A stretch of 64,000 bases of DNA from an uncultured delta proteobacterium (GCA_963787125.1 CAWBBV010000005.1:75831-139830); one strand, 5' to 3'; numbered from the stretch's first letter, positions 1 to 10,679 are shown. Made by a program: numbers and translations. The notes: generated by a model not told the origin, from the sequence alone.

Positions 1-67
1 ATTCGGCTGAAGACTTCTTTTTAAAGAGGCTCACTTTGCTTTCTCCTTTTCAACTCACTAAAATATT

Positions 68-2152
68 TCAGCAACCTTTTGCAGCAGTCACCTCTGCAAT
101 TACCTTCTGCATCAGATGGGATGGCACTTCTTCATAATGGGAAAACTCCATACTGAAAAGACCCCGGTCACTGGTCATGGAGCGCAGATCGTTGGAGTAG
201 GCCAGCACCTCTGACATCGGCACGACTGTGCGGATGATCTGGGAGTTGGCTTTTGGTTCAACACCGATAACTTTGCCGCGACGGGAGTTAATATCGCCGA
301 TAACATCGCCCATATTTTCGTCCGGAACGGTAATTTTCACATTCATTATCGGCTCAAGCAGTACCGGCTTGCAGGATTCCATCGCCTTCTTGAATGCCAT
401 TGAGCCAGCGATCTTGAACGCCATCTCCGAAGAGTCAACCGTGTGGAATGAACCGTCGTAAAGGGCAACCTTGAAATCAACCACCGGATAACCGGCGAGA
501 AAGCCGTCAACGGACGCCTCCTGAATACCCTTGTCAACCGCCGGGATATACTGTCTGGGGACAACGCCGCCGACAATTTTGTCTTCAAAGAGGTAACCTT
601 CGCCTCGCGGCATGGGACTCATCTCGATCCAGCAATCGCCGTACTGACCGCGCCCGCCGGACTGCTTCTTGTATTTACCCTGGACCTTGACACTACTGCG
701 GATTGTCTCAAGGTAAGGGATCTTGGGCGTCTTGAGCAGGACTTCAACATTGAATTTACGTTTAAGCTTCTCGACAATGACATCAAGATGTACCTGCCCC
801 ATTCCGGAGATGATAAACTCCTTGGTCTGATCGTCCCGGTGCGACTCCAGAGTCGGCTCCTCTTCGATCATCTTATGGAGGGCGCCATGAATTTTGTCCT
901 CATCGTTCTTGGTTTTCGGCTCGATGGCATAGGAAATTACCGGTTTAAGCAGCGGGGCCGGCTCAAAGAGGATCGGTTTGGCGGCATCGCAGAGAGTATC
1001 TCCGGTAACGGTCTCCTTGAGTTTGGCAACAGCAACGATATCGCCGGCAACAGCCTGCTTGATTGCTTTCTGCTTCTTCCCTTCAAGCTCGTAGATCTGC
1101 CCGATCCGCTCATCAACACCTTTGGACGAGTTGTAGATTGTAGAGTCCGAGTTGAGAACCCCGGAGTAGACCCGAAAGATTGAGATCTTGCCGGTGTAAG
1201 GGTCGGACGTGGTCTTGAATACCAGCGCCGAGAACGGTTCTGATTCCAGCGGAGCGCGCTCTTCAAGAGCCTGGATCTTCGGGCTGACGCCGACAGCCTT
1301 GGTCCGGTCGAGAGGCGACGGCAGGTAGGCGCAGATCGCATCCAGCAGCTGTTTCACCCCGATATTGGCGGTGGCGGAGCCGCAGAGGACGACAGTGAAG
1401 GTGTTTCTGATCGTTCCGACTCTCAGACCGTCCAGGATCTCTTCTTCGGTCAGGTCACCGGCTTCCAGGTATTTTTCGGTCAGCGCATCATACGCTTCGG
1501 CAACGGTTTCAACCATCTGCTCGCGCAACCGGGTCGCATCGTCAAGATACTCAGCCGGGATAGCAATCTCTGTATAGGTACCGGAACGATCCTTCAGATA
1601 GCGGTACGCTTTCATTTTGATAAGATCGATAACCCCTTCAAAACCGTCCTCAATACCGAGAGGTATCTGGACGGCGACCCCTCGCGCCTTGAGCGCCTTT
1701 TCCATATCGTCGATTGCCCGGAAGAAGTTGGCACGTTCCCGGTCGAGCTTGTTGACAAAGGCGATTCGAGGGATTTCGAACTCGTTTGCCCAGGCCCATA
1801 CCTCTTCAGTCTGCACCTTTACCCCGGAAATAGAAGAGAGGATAATGACCGCGCAGTCCAGCGTTCTCATGCAGGCACGGGTGTCAGCAATAAAATCACC
1901 GTAGCCAGGGGTGTCGACAAGATGAATGGAATAGTCATTCCAGTCGCAGTGATCAAGGGAAGAGGTTATGGAGATCTTCCGCTTTATCTCTTCCGGCTCG
2001 AAATCCATCGTGGACGTGCCGTCATCAACCCTTCCCAACCGGTCAATCATCCCGGTGTCAAACAGGATAGCCTCTGAGAGCGAGGTCTTGCCTGCGCCTC
2101 CGTGAGCGATGATACCCAGATTACGGATCTTTGCAGTGTCGTACTTTCCCAT
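68..2152 (-). CDS. fusA: Elongation factor G paralog (EF-G2-like)
   Basis: 694 aa; AHGGAGKT, DTPG and NKLD GTPase motifs; KKQSGGRGQYG, YDGSFHTVDSSEMAF and LLEPIM EF-G signatures; switch I reads RKISI rather than RGITI, and it is not in an rpsL-rpsG-tuf operon. Confidence 0.92.
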   Translation of the reverse strand: MGKYDTAKIRNLGIIAHGGAGKTSLSEAILFDTGMIDRLGRVDDGTSTMDFEPEEIKRKISITSSLDHCDWNDYSIHLVDTPGYGDFIADTRACMRTLDCAVIILSSISGVKVQTEEVWAWANEFEIPRIAFVNKLDRERANFFRAIDDMEKALKARGVAVQIPLGIEDGFEGVIDLIKMKAYRYLKDRSGTYTEIAIPAEYLDDATRLREQMVETVAEAYDALTEKYLEAGDLTEEEILDGLRVGTIRNTFTVVLCGSATANIGVKQLLDAICAYLPSPLDRTKAVGVSPKIQALEERAPLESEPFSALVFKTTSDPYTGKISIFRVYSGVLNSDSTIYNSSKGVDERIGQIYELEGKKQKAIKQAVAGDIVAVAKLKETVTGDTLCDAAKPILFEPAPLLKPVISYAIEPKTKNDEDKIHGALHKMIEEEPTLESHRDDQTKEFIISGMGQVHLDVIVEKLKRKFNVEVLLKTPKIPYLETIRSSVKVQGKYKKQSGGRGQYGDCWIEMSPMPRGEGYLFEDKIVGGVVPRQYIPAVDKGIQEASVDGFLAGYPVVDFKVALYDGSFHTVDSSEMAFKIAGSMAFKKAMESCKPVLLEPIMNVKITVPDENMGDVIGDINSRRGKVIGVEPKANSQIIRTVVPMSEVLAYSNDLRSMTSDRGLFSMEFSHYEEVPSHLMQKVIAEVTAAKGC

Positions 2153-2216
2153 GATACCCCCTCTTTAAGTTTGGAAACAGGGCAGAACTCCTCTCAAACG
2201 GGGGAGCTGACCTGTG

Positions 2217-2990
2217 CTACAGACTTTCACAGTTGCGACCGTAGAGAATCCTTAGCCCGTCAAGGGTAAGAAACTCCTCGATCTTATCAATGGTACGCGA
2301 TTCGGGGGCAATAACCCCTGCCAGCCCTCCGGTCGCAATTACAACCGGGTTTTCCCGGCACTCTGCCTTCATTCTGGTCACAATTTCGTCCACAAGACCG
2401 ACGTAACCGTAATATATCCCTGCCTGCATGGAATTGACAGTATTCGTAGCCACCAGCTGCGGCGGCTTGAGAATCTCCACCCGCGGCAACTTGCTCGCCT
2501 TCTGAAAAAGAGCCTCCATGGAGATCATCAAGCCCGGAGCTATGGCTCCGCCGCAGAACTCTCCCTCTTTATTAACAACATCGAAAGTAGTGGCAGTGCC
2601 AAAATCGACAATAATGAGGGCAGATCTGTATTTCTCAAAGCCGGCAACCGCATTGACGATGCGATCAGCCCCGACCTCAGCGGGATTATCATAACGGCTC
2701 ACCATACCGGTCTTGATACCCGGTCCGACGATAACAGGTTTGAGGCTGAAATACTGCCGGGAAAGTTTCTCCAACAGCCCGGTCAGCGCCGGGACAACCG
2801 AAGAGATGATAATCCCTTTAACATCCTCGAACGGAATGGCGGCAAGCCTGAAAAGATCGTGAACAAGGACCGCGTACTCATCGGTCGTTCTGGTCCTGTC
2901 TGTTGAAATCCGCCAGGTTTTCAACAGGAGGGTCCCATCGTAAACACCCAGCACAATGTTACTGTTGCCGACATCAATTACAAGCAGCAA
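2217..2990 (-). CDS. coaX: Type III pantothenate kinase
   Basis: [22 protein letters not shown] and IATGG motifs; start moved to TTG at 2990, which follows a GGAGGTG RBS. Confidence 0.93.
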   Translation of the reverse strand: MLLVIDVGNSNIVLGVYDGTLLLKTWRISTDRTRTTDEYAVLVHDLFRLAAIPFEDVKGIIISSVVPALTGLLEKLSRQYFSLKPVIVGPGIKTGMVSRYDNPAEVGADRIVNAVAGFEKYRSALIIVDFGTATTFDVVNKEGEFCGGAIAPGLMISMEALFQKASKLPRVEILKPPQLVATNTVNSMQAGIYYGYVGLVDEIVTRMKAECRENPVVIATGGLAGVIAPESRTIDKIEEFLTLDGLRILYGRNCESL

Positions 2991-3990
2991 TATCACCTCC
3001 GATGACGACATCTCCGGAAAGGATCTGTTCGCCTGAATCCAGAAGCAGCGCCCCGTATTCATCAATTCCTGCCACCCTGCCGGTTTTAACCTTGTCATGA
3101 TCCGTCACCGTCACAAGGACACCGGCAAGCCTGCTTCTCTCCAGCCACTCTTTTCTCGCCGGTGCGTACCCCTCCCGGAGAAAGGTCGCATAAAGGTCAT
3201 CCAGTTCCTGCAGCAGTATCCGGGTAAAAGCAGTACGGTCAACCTTCTTACCCGTTTCTATAAACAGTGAAGTCGCCGGATGACGGAGATCTTCCGGAAA
3301 CTGCACTAAGCTCATGTTCAGGTTAACACCAATTCCCAGGATCACAAAATTAACCTTGTCAGTTTCGGCACTCATCTCATTGAGGAGACCGGCAACCTTT
3401 TTCCCCTCGATCAGGATATCGTTGGGCCATTTGATCCGGGCCTGCAGGGGGGTAAGTTGCTCAATCGTCCGGGCTACCGCAATTACCGAGAGAAAAGTCA
3501 GCTGCGGGGCGGCAACCGGCTGAATCGGCGGACGCAGGATAACGGAACAGTAAAGGTTCACCCCCGCCGGAGACGCCCACTTCCGGCCGAGCCTCCCTTT
3601 GCCGCCACTCTGGCACTCCGCAATAACGACACTCCCCTCTTCGGCCCCCTCATCAGCCATTTTAAAGGCAACGGCGTTGGTTGAAACCGTTGCAGACAGA
3701 GAGATTATCTTTCTGCCGATCCGCAGGCTCTTGAGCAGATGACTGACAGAAGAAGCATGGAGGCTGTCAGGCGACGCAAGGAGCTTGTACCCGCGCGAAG
3801 CTTCGGCACTGATGGTGAACCCGAGCGCCCGCAGTGAGCTTATCTGCTTCCAGACAGCACTGCGGGAAACATTCAGCTGCCGGCTGAGCTCTTCGCCGGA
3901 GATGAAGGCGGTGTCTGACTCATAAAGAAGCGCGAGAATCTTTCCGGCACTTTCTGAACAGACGTTGGCGCCGTGCGGAGATTCGCTCAA
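2974..3990 (-). CDS. birA: Bifunctional biotin--[acetyl-CoA carboxylase] ligase / repressor
   Basis: N-terminal HTH ([20 protein letters not shown]), [26 protein letters not shown]. Confidence 0.93.
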   Translation of the reverse strand: MSESPHGANVCSESAGKILALLYESDTAFISGEELSRQLNVSRSAVWKQISSLRALGFTISAEASRGYKLLASPDSLHASSVSHLLKSLRIGRKIISLSATVSTNAVAFKMADEGAEEGSVVIAECQSGGKGRLGRKWASPAGVNLYCSVILRPPIQPVAAPQLTFLSVIAVARTIEQLTPLQARIKWPNDILIEGKKVAGLLNEMSAETDKVNFVILGIGVNLNMSLVQFPEDLRHPATSLFIETGKKVDRTAFTRILLQELDDLYATFLREGYAPARKEWLERSRLAGVLVTVTDHDKVKTGRVAGIDEYGALLLDSGEQILSGDVVIGGDIAACN

Positions 3991-4817
3991 GCACCCTCCA
4001 AAAGCATTGAGATATCCATGGATGGCGCCGAATGGGTCAGGGCTCCCACAGAGATGATATCGACTCCGGTTGCGGCAATCCCTCTGACAGTAGTCAGGTT
4101 AACCCCTCCGGAAGCCTCAACCGTAGCCTGCCCGGCAATGATGGCAACAGCTTTTGTCATGGTTTCAATATCCATATTATCAAGCATGATGATATCGGCG
4201 CCGGCGGCAAGCGCAGCTTGCACATCAGTCAGAGACTCGGTTTCGATTTCTATTTTCAGGGTATGGGGAATATATGCCCTGGCGCGGCGGATCGCCTCAC
4301 CAATGCCGCCGGCCGCGGCAATATGGTTCTCCTTGATAAGAACGCCGTCATACAGACCGGTGCGGTGATTAATGCCGCCACCGACCCGGACCGCATATTT
4401 TTCCAGGATGCGCAGACCGGGCGTGGTTTTACGGGTATCAACGATCCGCACCTTTGTCCCCGCAACAGCGCGAACATATCTGGATGTCAGAGTAGCAACA
4501 CCGGACATCCGCTGCATGAGATTGAGAGCAACCCGCTCCCCCTGAAGCAGCAGCGAAGCGTCACCGGACATTTCGGCTATCACCGTGCCTGCAGACACAA
4601 AATCGCCGTCAGCACAACGGGGCGTAAAAACAGAGTCATTGTCCAAAAGCGCGAAAACCCTGGCAGCAACATCCAGACCGCAAACGATCATATCCTCTTT
4701 TGCTTTCAGGATGCCGGCTATCCTGCCTTTCTTCAGCTGCAGCGCCTGGGTAGTGATATCGCCGGTATGAATATCTTCGGCCAATGCATTTTTGATTATC
4801 CTGTCAATCTGTTGCAT
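3987..4817 (-). CDS. nadC: Nicotinate-nucleotide pyrophosphorylase (quinolinate phosphoribosyltransferase)
   Basis: DTRKTTPGLR, LIKENHI, IMLDNM, EASGG, ISVGALTHS; probable ATG at 4817. Confidence 0.95.
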   Translation of the reverse strand: MQQIDRIIKNALAEDIHTGDITTQALQLKKGRIAGILKAKEDMIVCGLDVAARVFALLDNDSVFTPRCADGDFVSAGTVIAEMSGDASLLLQGERVALNLMQRMSGVATLTSRYVRAVAGTKVRIVDTRKTTPGLRILEKYAVRVGGGINHRTGLYDGVLIKENHIAAAGGIGEAIRRARAYIPHTLKIEIETESLTDVQAALAAGADIIMLDNMDIETMTKAVAIIAGQATVEASGGVNLTTVRGIAATGVDIISVGALTHSAPSMDISMLLEGA

Positions 4818-4915
4818 TTGAACTCTCTCCTCAACAATTTCCCAAAAGTTGTATAACACATGAACAAATGTGCCGCAATCGCTAACAAAAGCGCACTGAA
4901 AATATGGATTTAAGA

Positions 4916-4944
4916 TTGACGCTCCAGAGGTGGATGTGTATATT
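4916..4944 (+). promoter_or_regulatory. Putative sigma70 promoter of the dodecaheme cytochrome gene
   Basis: TTGACG-N17-TATATT upstream of a GAGGAG RBS and ATG at 4993. Confidence 0.5.
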
Positions 4945-4992
4945 ATCTCCTCTTAGCCCCCTTAATCTATTCCAACATTTGAGGAGTGATAT

Positions 4993-6012
4993 ATGAAACT
5001 GTGCCGTTTTCTGTTGTTAGCCTTAGTCCTGCTGCTCCCTGTTGTCTCACAGGCCAAGGAGACAAAGGACATATCCTTCCCTTTTAAAAACGCTGAACCG
5101 GTTGTCTTCAGCCACGATTTCCACCTGGAAAAATACAATAATAACTGCCGCATCTGCCACAATGCCATCTTTAACATAAAGCAGAAAAAGAAGTACACCA
5201 TGGCAGACATGGAGAAGACGAAATCGTGCGGCGCCTGCCACTCAGGGATCAAGGCATTTAGCGTCAAGGACGAAAAACAGTGCACCAAATGCCATAAAGG
5301 CAAACCGAGAACCGTAACCTTCAAAGTGAAGGGCGCCCCTGAAGTAGCCTTCAGCCACGATGTCCATGTGGGGAAAGCCGGACTTTCCTGCCGCAGCTGT
5401 CATGACGGCAAGATTATCACCGGCACTGATCACAATGTGACCATGGCCCAGATGGAAAAAGGGAAGACCTGCGGCGCCTGTCATAATGGCAAGAAAGCCT
5501 TTACTGTTGCCGGCAACTGTGGCAACTGCCATAAAGGGATGAAGCCACGCGAAATAACCTTCAAACTCAAAGGTGTGACTGATGCGGTTTTCAGCCACCA
5601 GGTTCATATCGGCATGTTTAAATGCCCTGACTGCCATACAAAAACCTTCCCCTATAAAGCAGGCGCACTCAAAGCGACCATGGCCAGCATGGAGAAAGGC
5701 AAGTCGTGCGGCACCTGCCACAATGGCAAGGACGCCTTTACTGTCGCCGGCGAGTGCGACAAATGCCACAAAGGTTACAAGCCGGCCAACATTCTCTTTA
5801 AGACTGATGGGGGCGAGGCCAACTTCAGCCACGAATTCCACCTCGGCATGTACAAATGCGCCGACTGCCACACCAAGATCTTCCCTTTCAAAGCCGGCGC
5901 GCTCAAAGCAACCATGGGCGACATGGACAAGGGTAAATCCTGCGGCGCCTGCCACAACGGCAAGGACGCTTTCATAGCTTCCGGCGACTGCATCAAATGC
6001 CATAAGATGTAA
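4993..6012 (+). CDS. Periplasmic dodecaheme c-type cytochrome of four c7-type triheme domains (GSU1996-like)
   Basis: Signal peptide; 12 CxxCH motifs in four repeats of FSHxxH...CxxCH...M..M..GKSCGACH...CxxCH. Confidence 0.9.
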   Translation: MKLCRFLLLALVLLLPVVSQAKETKDISFPFKNAEPVVFSHDFHLEKYNNNCRICHNAIFNIKQKKKYTMADMEKTKSCGACHSGIKAFSVKDEKQCTKCHKGKPRTVTFKVKGAPEVAFSHDVHVGKAGLSCRSCHDGKIITGTDHNVTMAQMEKGKTCGACHNGKKAFTVAGNCGNCHKGMKPREITFKLKGVTDAVFSHQVHIGMFKCPDCHTKTFPYKAGALKATMASMEKGKSCGTCHNGKDAFTVAGECDKCHKGYKPANILFKTDGGEANFSHEFHLGMYKCADCHTKIFPFKAGALKATMGDMDKGKSCGACHNGKDAFIASGDCIKCHKM

Positions 6013-6027
6013 GTTGCAGTTACATAC

Positions 6028-6071
6028 AGAAACAGAGAAAGGCGGCCGATTGGCCGCCTTTCTCTGTTTCT
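6028..6071. terminator. Bidirectional rho-independent terminator
   Basis: Inverted repeat AGAAACAGAGAAAGGCGGCC-GATT-GGCCGCCTTTCTCTGTTTCT between convergent genes. Confidence 0.8.
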
Positions 6072-6104
6072 ACGGGAAGTTTTTATTGCTTACAGCCGCC
6101 TTAA

Positions 6105-7823
6105 CTAAAGCCGCCCCGAGCGGATAATCGAAACTATAAGCCAGAGCCCGAGCACTGCGGCGCAGCCGAAAACAAAGAACCCCAGCACTGAAAAGCCGTA
6201 GACCGAAGGACCGACCTTCAAAGCATGCATGATGGCGGAGCTGAGGAGGGTGGCGCTGATGATCATCGCCACAGCAATGCGGTTACTGGAACGGTCAACA
6301 TCCCGCGCCAGCTGATCGAGCCCCTTGATGGAAAATTTCAGGTTAAAATCGTCCCTGATAACCTTGCTCATGATCCGTTTCAGCTGCATCGGCAAGAGCT
6401 TGATAAACTCCGCCCCCTCGTGCAGATGTTTAATGGTCTTTTTGGCGATCCGCTGAGGATTGCTACCGTCACTGGCCATTTTATCCAGGTATGGCCGTGA
6501 CACTGAGACTATATCGAAGTCCGGATCAAGGGTGGTGCCGACCCCCTGAATAAGGAGCAGCGCCTTGTGGATCAGGAGAAGGTCGGACGGGACCTTCATC
6601 TTGTGCTTGATAATCACCTTCAGAACCGTGCCGAGGTACTCGCCGAAATCCACTTCATTCAGAGGGACTCCGTGCAGCGGTTCCATGAAATCGGCAAGAT
6701 CCTCCTTGAAGTCCCGCCGGTAAGTGTCGATATCCACATCTTCCGGGATAAAACCCATCTCCACGTGCTGATCCACCAGCAGATCGAAATCGCGGGTAAT
6801 GAAGGCGAGGAAAATATTCACCAGGATCGCCTTCAGCTCGTCGGTAACCGTACCGCACATGCCGAAGTCAAGGAAACCGATATCGCCGTTCTCCGTCACC
6901 AGAAGGTTGCCTGGATGGGGGTCGGCATGAAAGAAGCCGTCTTCCAGAACGCTCTTGAAATAGGCGTTGACGCCAATCTGGGCAAGGCGCTTGCGGTCGA
7001 GGCCCATGGCGGTTATCTCGTCCAGGTCATCAATCCTCACCCCCCGGATCCGCTCCATCACCAGAATCTTGTCTGTAGTAAATTCATTGTACAGGCGGGG
7101 AATCCTGACTCCGGGAAAATCCTGGAACAGCCGGCGGAAGCGGATACAGTTCCGCCCTTCATCGCGGAAGTTCAACTCTTTGCGAATGGTCTTCTGAAAC
7201 TCCACCACAATACCGACCGGATTGAGGAAGCGGCTCTCGGGCAGATGGCTCTCGATCAGCCGGGCCACAGTGAAAAGAATTTCGATGTCAGTTTCGATCT
7301 GGGCGGCAATATCAGGACGCTGTACCTTGACGATAACCTCCGTGCCGTCAAGAAGCGTGGCGGTATGCACCTGACCGATGGAAGCCGCCGCTATCGGAGC
7401 CAGATTAAACTCCAGAAATATCTCTCCAGACGACAGGTTCAACTCCTCCTCAATGATCCGCAGCGCCGTCTCGCCGGGAAAGGGGGGCACCTGATCCTGC
7501 AGCTTCTGAAATTCGCTGGCAAAGCGGATGGGGACCATATCGGGGCGGGAGGCAATCACCTGGGCAAGCTTGATGAAGGTTGGCCCCAGCTCCGCAAACG
7601 CCGTCCTCAGCCGCTGCGGGGCAAAGGGACCACGGAGAACATTCGGCCAGCTGCGAAAAGCATTGAGCCTTTTGGTAAAGGGGATAAAGTTGCCGAGATG
7701 GAGCTGGTCGATGAGGTTGCCGAAACCGTGACTCAAAAAGACATTGACGATCTCCTTGAGCCGGCGGGCAATACGGTAGTTTTTGGACAGCTGGAATATG
7801 CTCAAAAGGTAACTCCTTGCCAC
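6105..7823 (-). CDS. ubiB: UbiB/AarF (ABC1) family atypical kinase with C-terminal TM helices
   Basis: LGPTFIKLAQ, AAASIGQVH, VKVQRP, FFHADPHPGNL, LDFGM. Confidence 0.85.
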   Translation of the reverse strand: MARSYLLSIFQLSKNYRIARRLKEIVNVFLSHGFGNLIDQLHLGNFIPFTKRLNAFRSWPNVLRGPFAPQRLRTAFAELGPTFIKLAQVIASRPDMVPIRFASEFQKLQDQVPPFPGETALRIIEEELNLSSGEIFLEFNLAPIAAASIGQVHTATLLDGTEVIVKVQRPDIAAQIETDIEILFTVARLIESHLPESRFLNPVGIVVEFQKTIRKELNFRDEGRNCIRFRRLFQDFPGVRIPRLYNEFTTDKILVMERIRGVRIDDLDEITAMGLDRKRLAQIGVNAYFKSVLEDGFFHADPHPGNLLVTENGDIGFLDFGMCGTVTDELKAILVNIFLAFITRDFDLLVDQHVEMGFIPEDVDIDTYRRDFKEDLADFMEPLHGVPLNEVDFGEYLGTVLKVIIKHKMKVPSDLLLIHKALLLIQGVGTTLDPDFDIVSVSRPYLDKMASDGSNPQRIAKKTIKHLHEGAEFIKLLPMQLKRIMSKVIRDDFNLKFSIKGLDQLARDVDRSSNRIAVAMIISATLLSSAIMHALKVGPSVYGFSVLGFFVFGCAAVLGLWLIVSIIRSGRL

Positions 7824-8019
7824 GAAGTATGCTGCCTGTTACGGGGATACGTCGGCTAATCCGCAAACAAATTTAAATAAGACATGCTTGATTTTATTGA
7901 ATCAGGTAACTGCTGAGAACACAGCGGCGGCGGATTTTGCCGTCTGTTGCTGCGATTGTTGAACCTTTCATCTGTTATCATATATTTTATTGCGAGTACT
8001 TGAGATAAGTGGCAGGTGG

Positions 8020-8421
8020 TTACGGAGATTGTTGAAAATAGCTCTTAACTGCCTCGACAAAATTTGATGCTTTGTCGATCTCTTCTTTTACAAGTTCTTC
8101 GGGCATTGTTGGTCGCACCTTGTAGTCTGATGATTGCCTTAGTTCAAAAGCCTTGTGAAGATTTTTCGACAACTCACGGGGAAAAATTCCCTTCATGACA
8201 TACTCTGTGTCGAATAGGCTGATAATGCCCGAGTGCTTGGTCGGAGCCTTGCCGATGTCCTGCAACAGGGCAAGCGTGGCATAGAACATGGCATAGTAGC
8301 AACGGTTGACGATACCTTGCGGACTACGCCCACCAGCATTCAGGTAGTTTGCATCGTCCAAGGCAATTTGAGCTTGTTCAAGCCGATAACCGATTATGGT
8401 GGTCTTGTCTTCCTGTTTCAC
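8020..8421 (-). CDS. HEPN domain protein (MNT-HEPN module partner)
   Basis: 133 aa helical protein with RCYYAMFY, KHSGII and ELRQSSDY motifs; 4-nt overlap with the upstream MNT gene. Confidence 0.8.
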   Translation of the reverse strand: MKQEDKTTIIGYRLEQAQIALDDANYLNAGGRSPQGIVNRCYYAMFYATLALLQDIGKAPTKHSGIISLFDTEYVMKGIFPRELSKNLHKAFELRQSSDYKVRPTMPEELVKEEIDKASNFVEAVKSYFQQSP

Positions 8422-8732
8422 AGGAATACTCCTTCGGTTCTGATGTTGGCAGCAAGCAGGGATTGGCTCTCAATGCCTTCCCATTCTGACTTTGAATAAG
8501 ACACCGGCACAACCACAATGCCGCTCCCGAAACCGGACTCCCAAGCGCAATCGCTGATGTAATCCGCTGTAGGCGTATCCAGATGATCTACTACCACCAA
8601 AACATCCATATCAGAATAACGTCCGGCATCTCCTCTTGCCCGTGAACCGAAAAGAGCAAAAGTATTCAGATGCACCCTCTGTTCCAGCATGTTCTTGAAT
8701 GTTTCAAGTATCTGCTTCTCTTTAGGTTTCAT
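8418..8732 (-). CDS. Minimal nucleotidyltransferase (MNT) antitoxin
   Basis: LFGSRARGDAGRYSDMD matches the GS-x10-DxD motif. Confidence 0.85.
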   Translation of the reverse strand: MKPKEKQILETFKNMLEQRVHLNTFALFGSRARGDAGRYSDMDVLVVVDHLDTPTADYISDCAWESGFGSGIVVVPVSYSKSEWEGIESQSLLAANIRTEGVFL

Positions 8733-9074
8733 GGGGTTACTATACCATAAGCGCTTATATCTACAAGTAGCATATAGTGGATGCAGTTAGCAGCAGAACA
8801 ATCCGATTCCCGTTTACTTAAAGTTTAACCCGTTGATTTTTTGAGAAGCCATTTTAAAGTAGTAGCTGAATTTGCTGGTGTGCCTTTCCTTCTGTTGCCC
8901 AAAGCTTCGATTTTAGGAGTGTATGTGGGGTCTTGAAAGACGGCAGGATGATCGTTAAAGAAAGGACTTTAAGTTGCAGTCTTTCAGGCCTGTCCCCACT
9001 TCCCCATGTTTTCTCGCTCCAAAAGATCTGGAACATGCCAGTATCGATGACAGCTCGATAATTCAAAAGTGAAA

Positions 9075-9581
9075 TCATGGTGAACTGATTTTTTGGAGAT
9101 ATAGAGAAATGTTGCCTTGAACGGCACTGCTTAATGATTTGTTTACACGAGTTTCACCAACGAAATCAGAAGCATGACCAGTACTTTCAATAACATGTTT
9201 ATCTATTTGCTCTCTCGTCTTACGGTCTGAAATAATATACTCGGAAACAGCGCTTACGTCATATGCCATTACGCCTGGGTCAAGCGTGAGAATTAAGACG
9301 TCAAGATTGAATTTTTGAGAAGAGTCTTCTTGAAATATTTTGGAATTGTCTAACGCCTTTTCCAGTGCGCTTTTCCAGTTTGTTAAAATTGCGGCCTGCA
9401 TTTCTGCAGACCATGGTATTTCGTTACCTGCAAACCTGACTGATACCAGCTTGAGTTCTCCATTCAGTATTTTTGTAGCTGGCTGTATATTATTCACATC
9501 GAATGATACAGGCACAGTGGTGCAGCCGTAAATTGAAATACTAAATAAGAGCACTGTTAATAATTTCGTTATGTTGTACAT
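9075..9581 (-). CDS. Hypothetical lipoprotein
   Basis: 168 aa, AT-rich; signal peptide with lipobox-like IYGC; RBS-like AAGGGA upstream. Confidence 0.65.
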   Translation of the reverse strand: MYNITKLLTVLLFSISIYGCTTVPVSFDVNNIQPATKILNGELKLVSVRFAGNEIPWSAEMQAAILTNWKSALEKALDNSKIFQEDSSQKFNLDVLILTLDPGVMAYDVSAVSEYIISDRKTREQIDKHVIESTGHASDFVGETRVNKSLSSAVQGNISLYLQKISSP

Positions 9582-9638
9582 AAATTAGTCCCTTTCGCGC
9601 GTGAAATACAAATCGGTGGAGCTATCTAATTCAGGTTT

Positions 9639-10034
9639 CTAGACCTTATTTCTTGGATCGTTCTCTAATTTGCACGTGCCCGATTCCCACATTCCGACTT
9701 GTTTTTCTATGCCTCCGCTGGGCGTCCAATATATGGGGCCGGTGTATTTATAGTTTGGCCCAATATACCTATATTTGCCCCTCTCAATGCGAACAAATAA
9801 CGGAAAAACAAACGAATATGACGCTTTGTTTATAAGGTTGTAGCAATAATCTGAGATATGAACGCTTCCTGGCGCGTAATTTCCCTTAATTTCAAGTTCA
9901 CCTTCAATGATTGATCGTGGTATGGACTCGTCACCATACTTTTTCTGAATATGCCGACCTACTTCGTCTAACGTTTCAGCAATTCTTGTCCACTTACTCG
10001 ACTTACTTGCCGCAACGAACAGCTTTTTCATCAT
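9639..10034 (-). CDS. Hypothetical protein with a SDYCYN...GKYRYIGPNY motif
   Basis: ATG at 10034 follows an AGGAG RBS; 131 aa, AT-rich; no confident function. Confidence 0.65.
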   Translation of the reverse strand: MMKKLFVAASKSSKWTRIAETLDEVGRHIQKKYGDESIPRSIIEGELEIKGNYAPGSVHISDYCYNLINKASYSFVFPLFVRIERGKYRYIGPNYKYTGPIYWTPSGGIEKQVGMWESGTCKLENDPRNKV

Positions 10035-10060
10035 TTTCTCCTGGTTCAACATCGTTGTTG

Positions 10061-10092
10061 ACCGGTTCACGCGCACGCACGCGTGAACCGGT
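10061..10092. repeat. Perfect 13-bp inverted repeat (attC-like hairpin core)
   Basis: ACCGGTTCACGCG-CACGCA-CGCGTGAACCGGT. Confidence 0.8.
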
Positions 10093-10263
10093 GATCTGCC
10101 TAAATGGAACATTTAGCCTGTGCCAATGAACGTTCAGTGACTATCTTCCGATCGCTTCCAGCAACTCTTGTAACATACCCATAAAGATTAAAATATCCAA
10201 AATTCCGCCATGGCAGAATTCAACAGAAACTCAGTATAATCATTCAACCTGGAAAAAGAATTC

Positions 10264-10394
10264 GACCACGGGTCCACACGGATAAACACTTATAAATCAA
10301 GAATATACAAGCAAAAAGCCTTAACCCTGCTGGTGAAAGCCATGCCTTAGGGTTCTTGGGTTTTATCCGCAGTTATCGGACTTTATCTGTGGCC
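10264..10394. repeat. Degenerate periodic palindromic element (CGGATAA-type)
   Basis: Left arm CCACGGGTCCACACGGATAAACACTTATAAA and right arm TTTATCCGCAGTTATCGGACTTTATCTGTGG are imperfectly complementary. Confidence 0.5.
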
Positions 10395-10535
10395 AAACGC
10401 CTTTTTTGATACAAGCTTTCTAACCGATTTCACCGGCAGAACAGCGCCAGCTCGCACATTTTTCAGTTTGACGGATTCATTGTCAGGCAGCATTATGATT
10501 TCAGCAGTTGCTATCATAATGTCATAGGTGAGCAG

Positions 10536-10679
10536 ATGATTGAATTTGAACAGAAGAAAAAAAGCACTGATAACACAGATCTTGACCATCTGGCCGGAAC
10601 CTGGAGCGAACAGGACGCCGCCGAATTTGCAGGGACTATGGCTGAGTTCGGCAGGGTTGATGAGGAGATGTGGAAATAA
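10536..10679 (+). CDS. Small orphan antitoxin-like protein (47 aa), not in the ORF track
   Basis: MIEFEQKKKSTDNTDLDHLAGTWSEQDAAEFAGTMAEFGRVDEEMWK, preceded by an AGGTGAG RBS; the DLDHLAGTWS...DEEMWK tail resembles antitoxins of PIN toxins (from recall). Confidence 0.55.
   Translation: MIEFEQKKKSTDNTDLDHLAGTWSEQDAAEFAGTMAEFGRVDEEMWK

Noticed and set aside
8854..9078. 74-aa minus-strand ORF and imperfect hairpin GTGGGG..TGAAAGAC / GTCTTTCA..CCCCAC
   Set aside because: No motif or RBS; the hairpin may be a decayed repeat but is too weak to call
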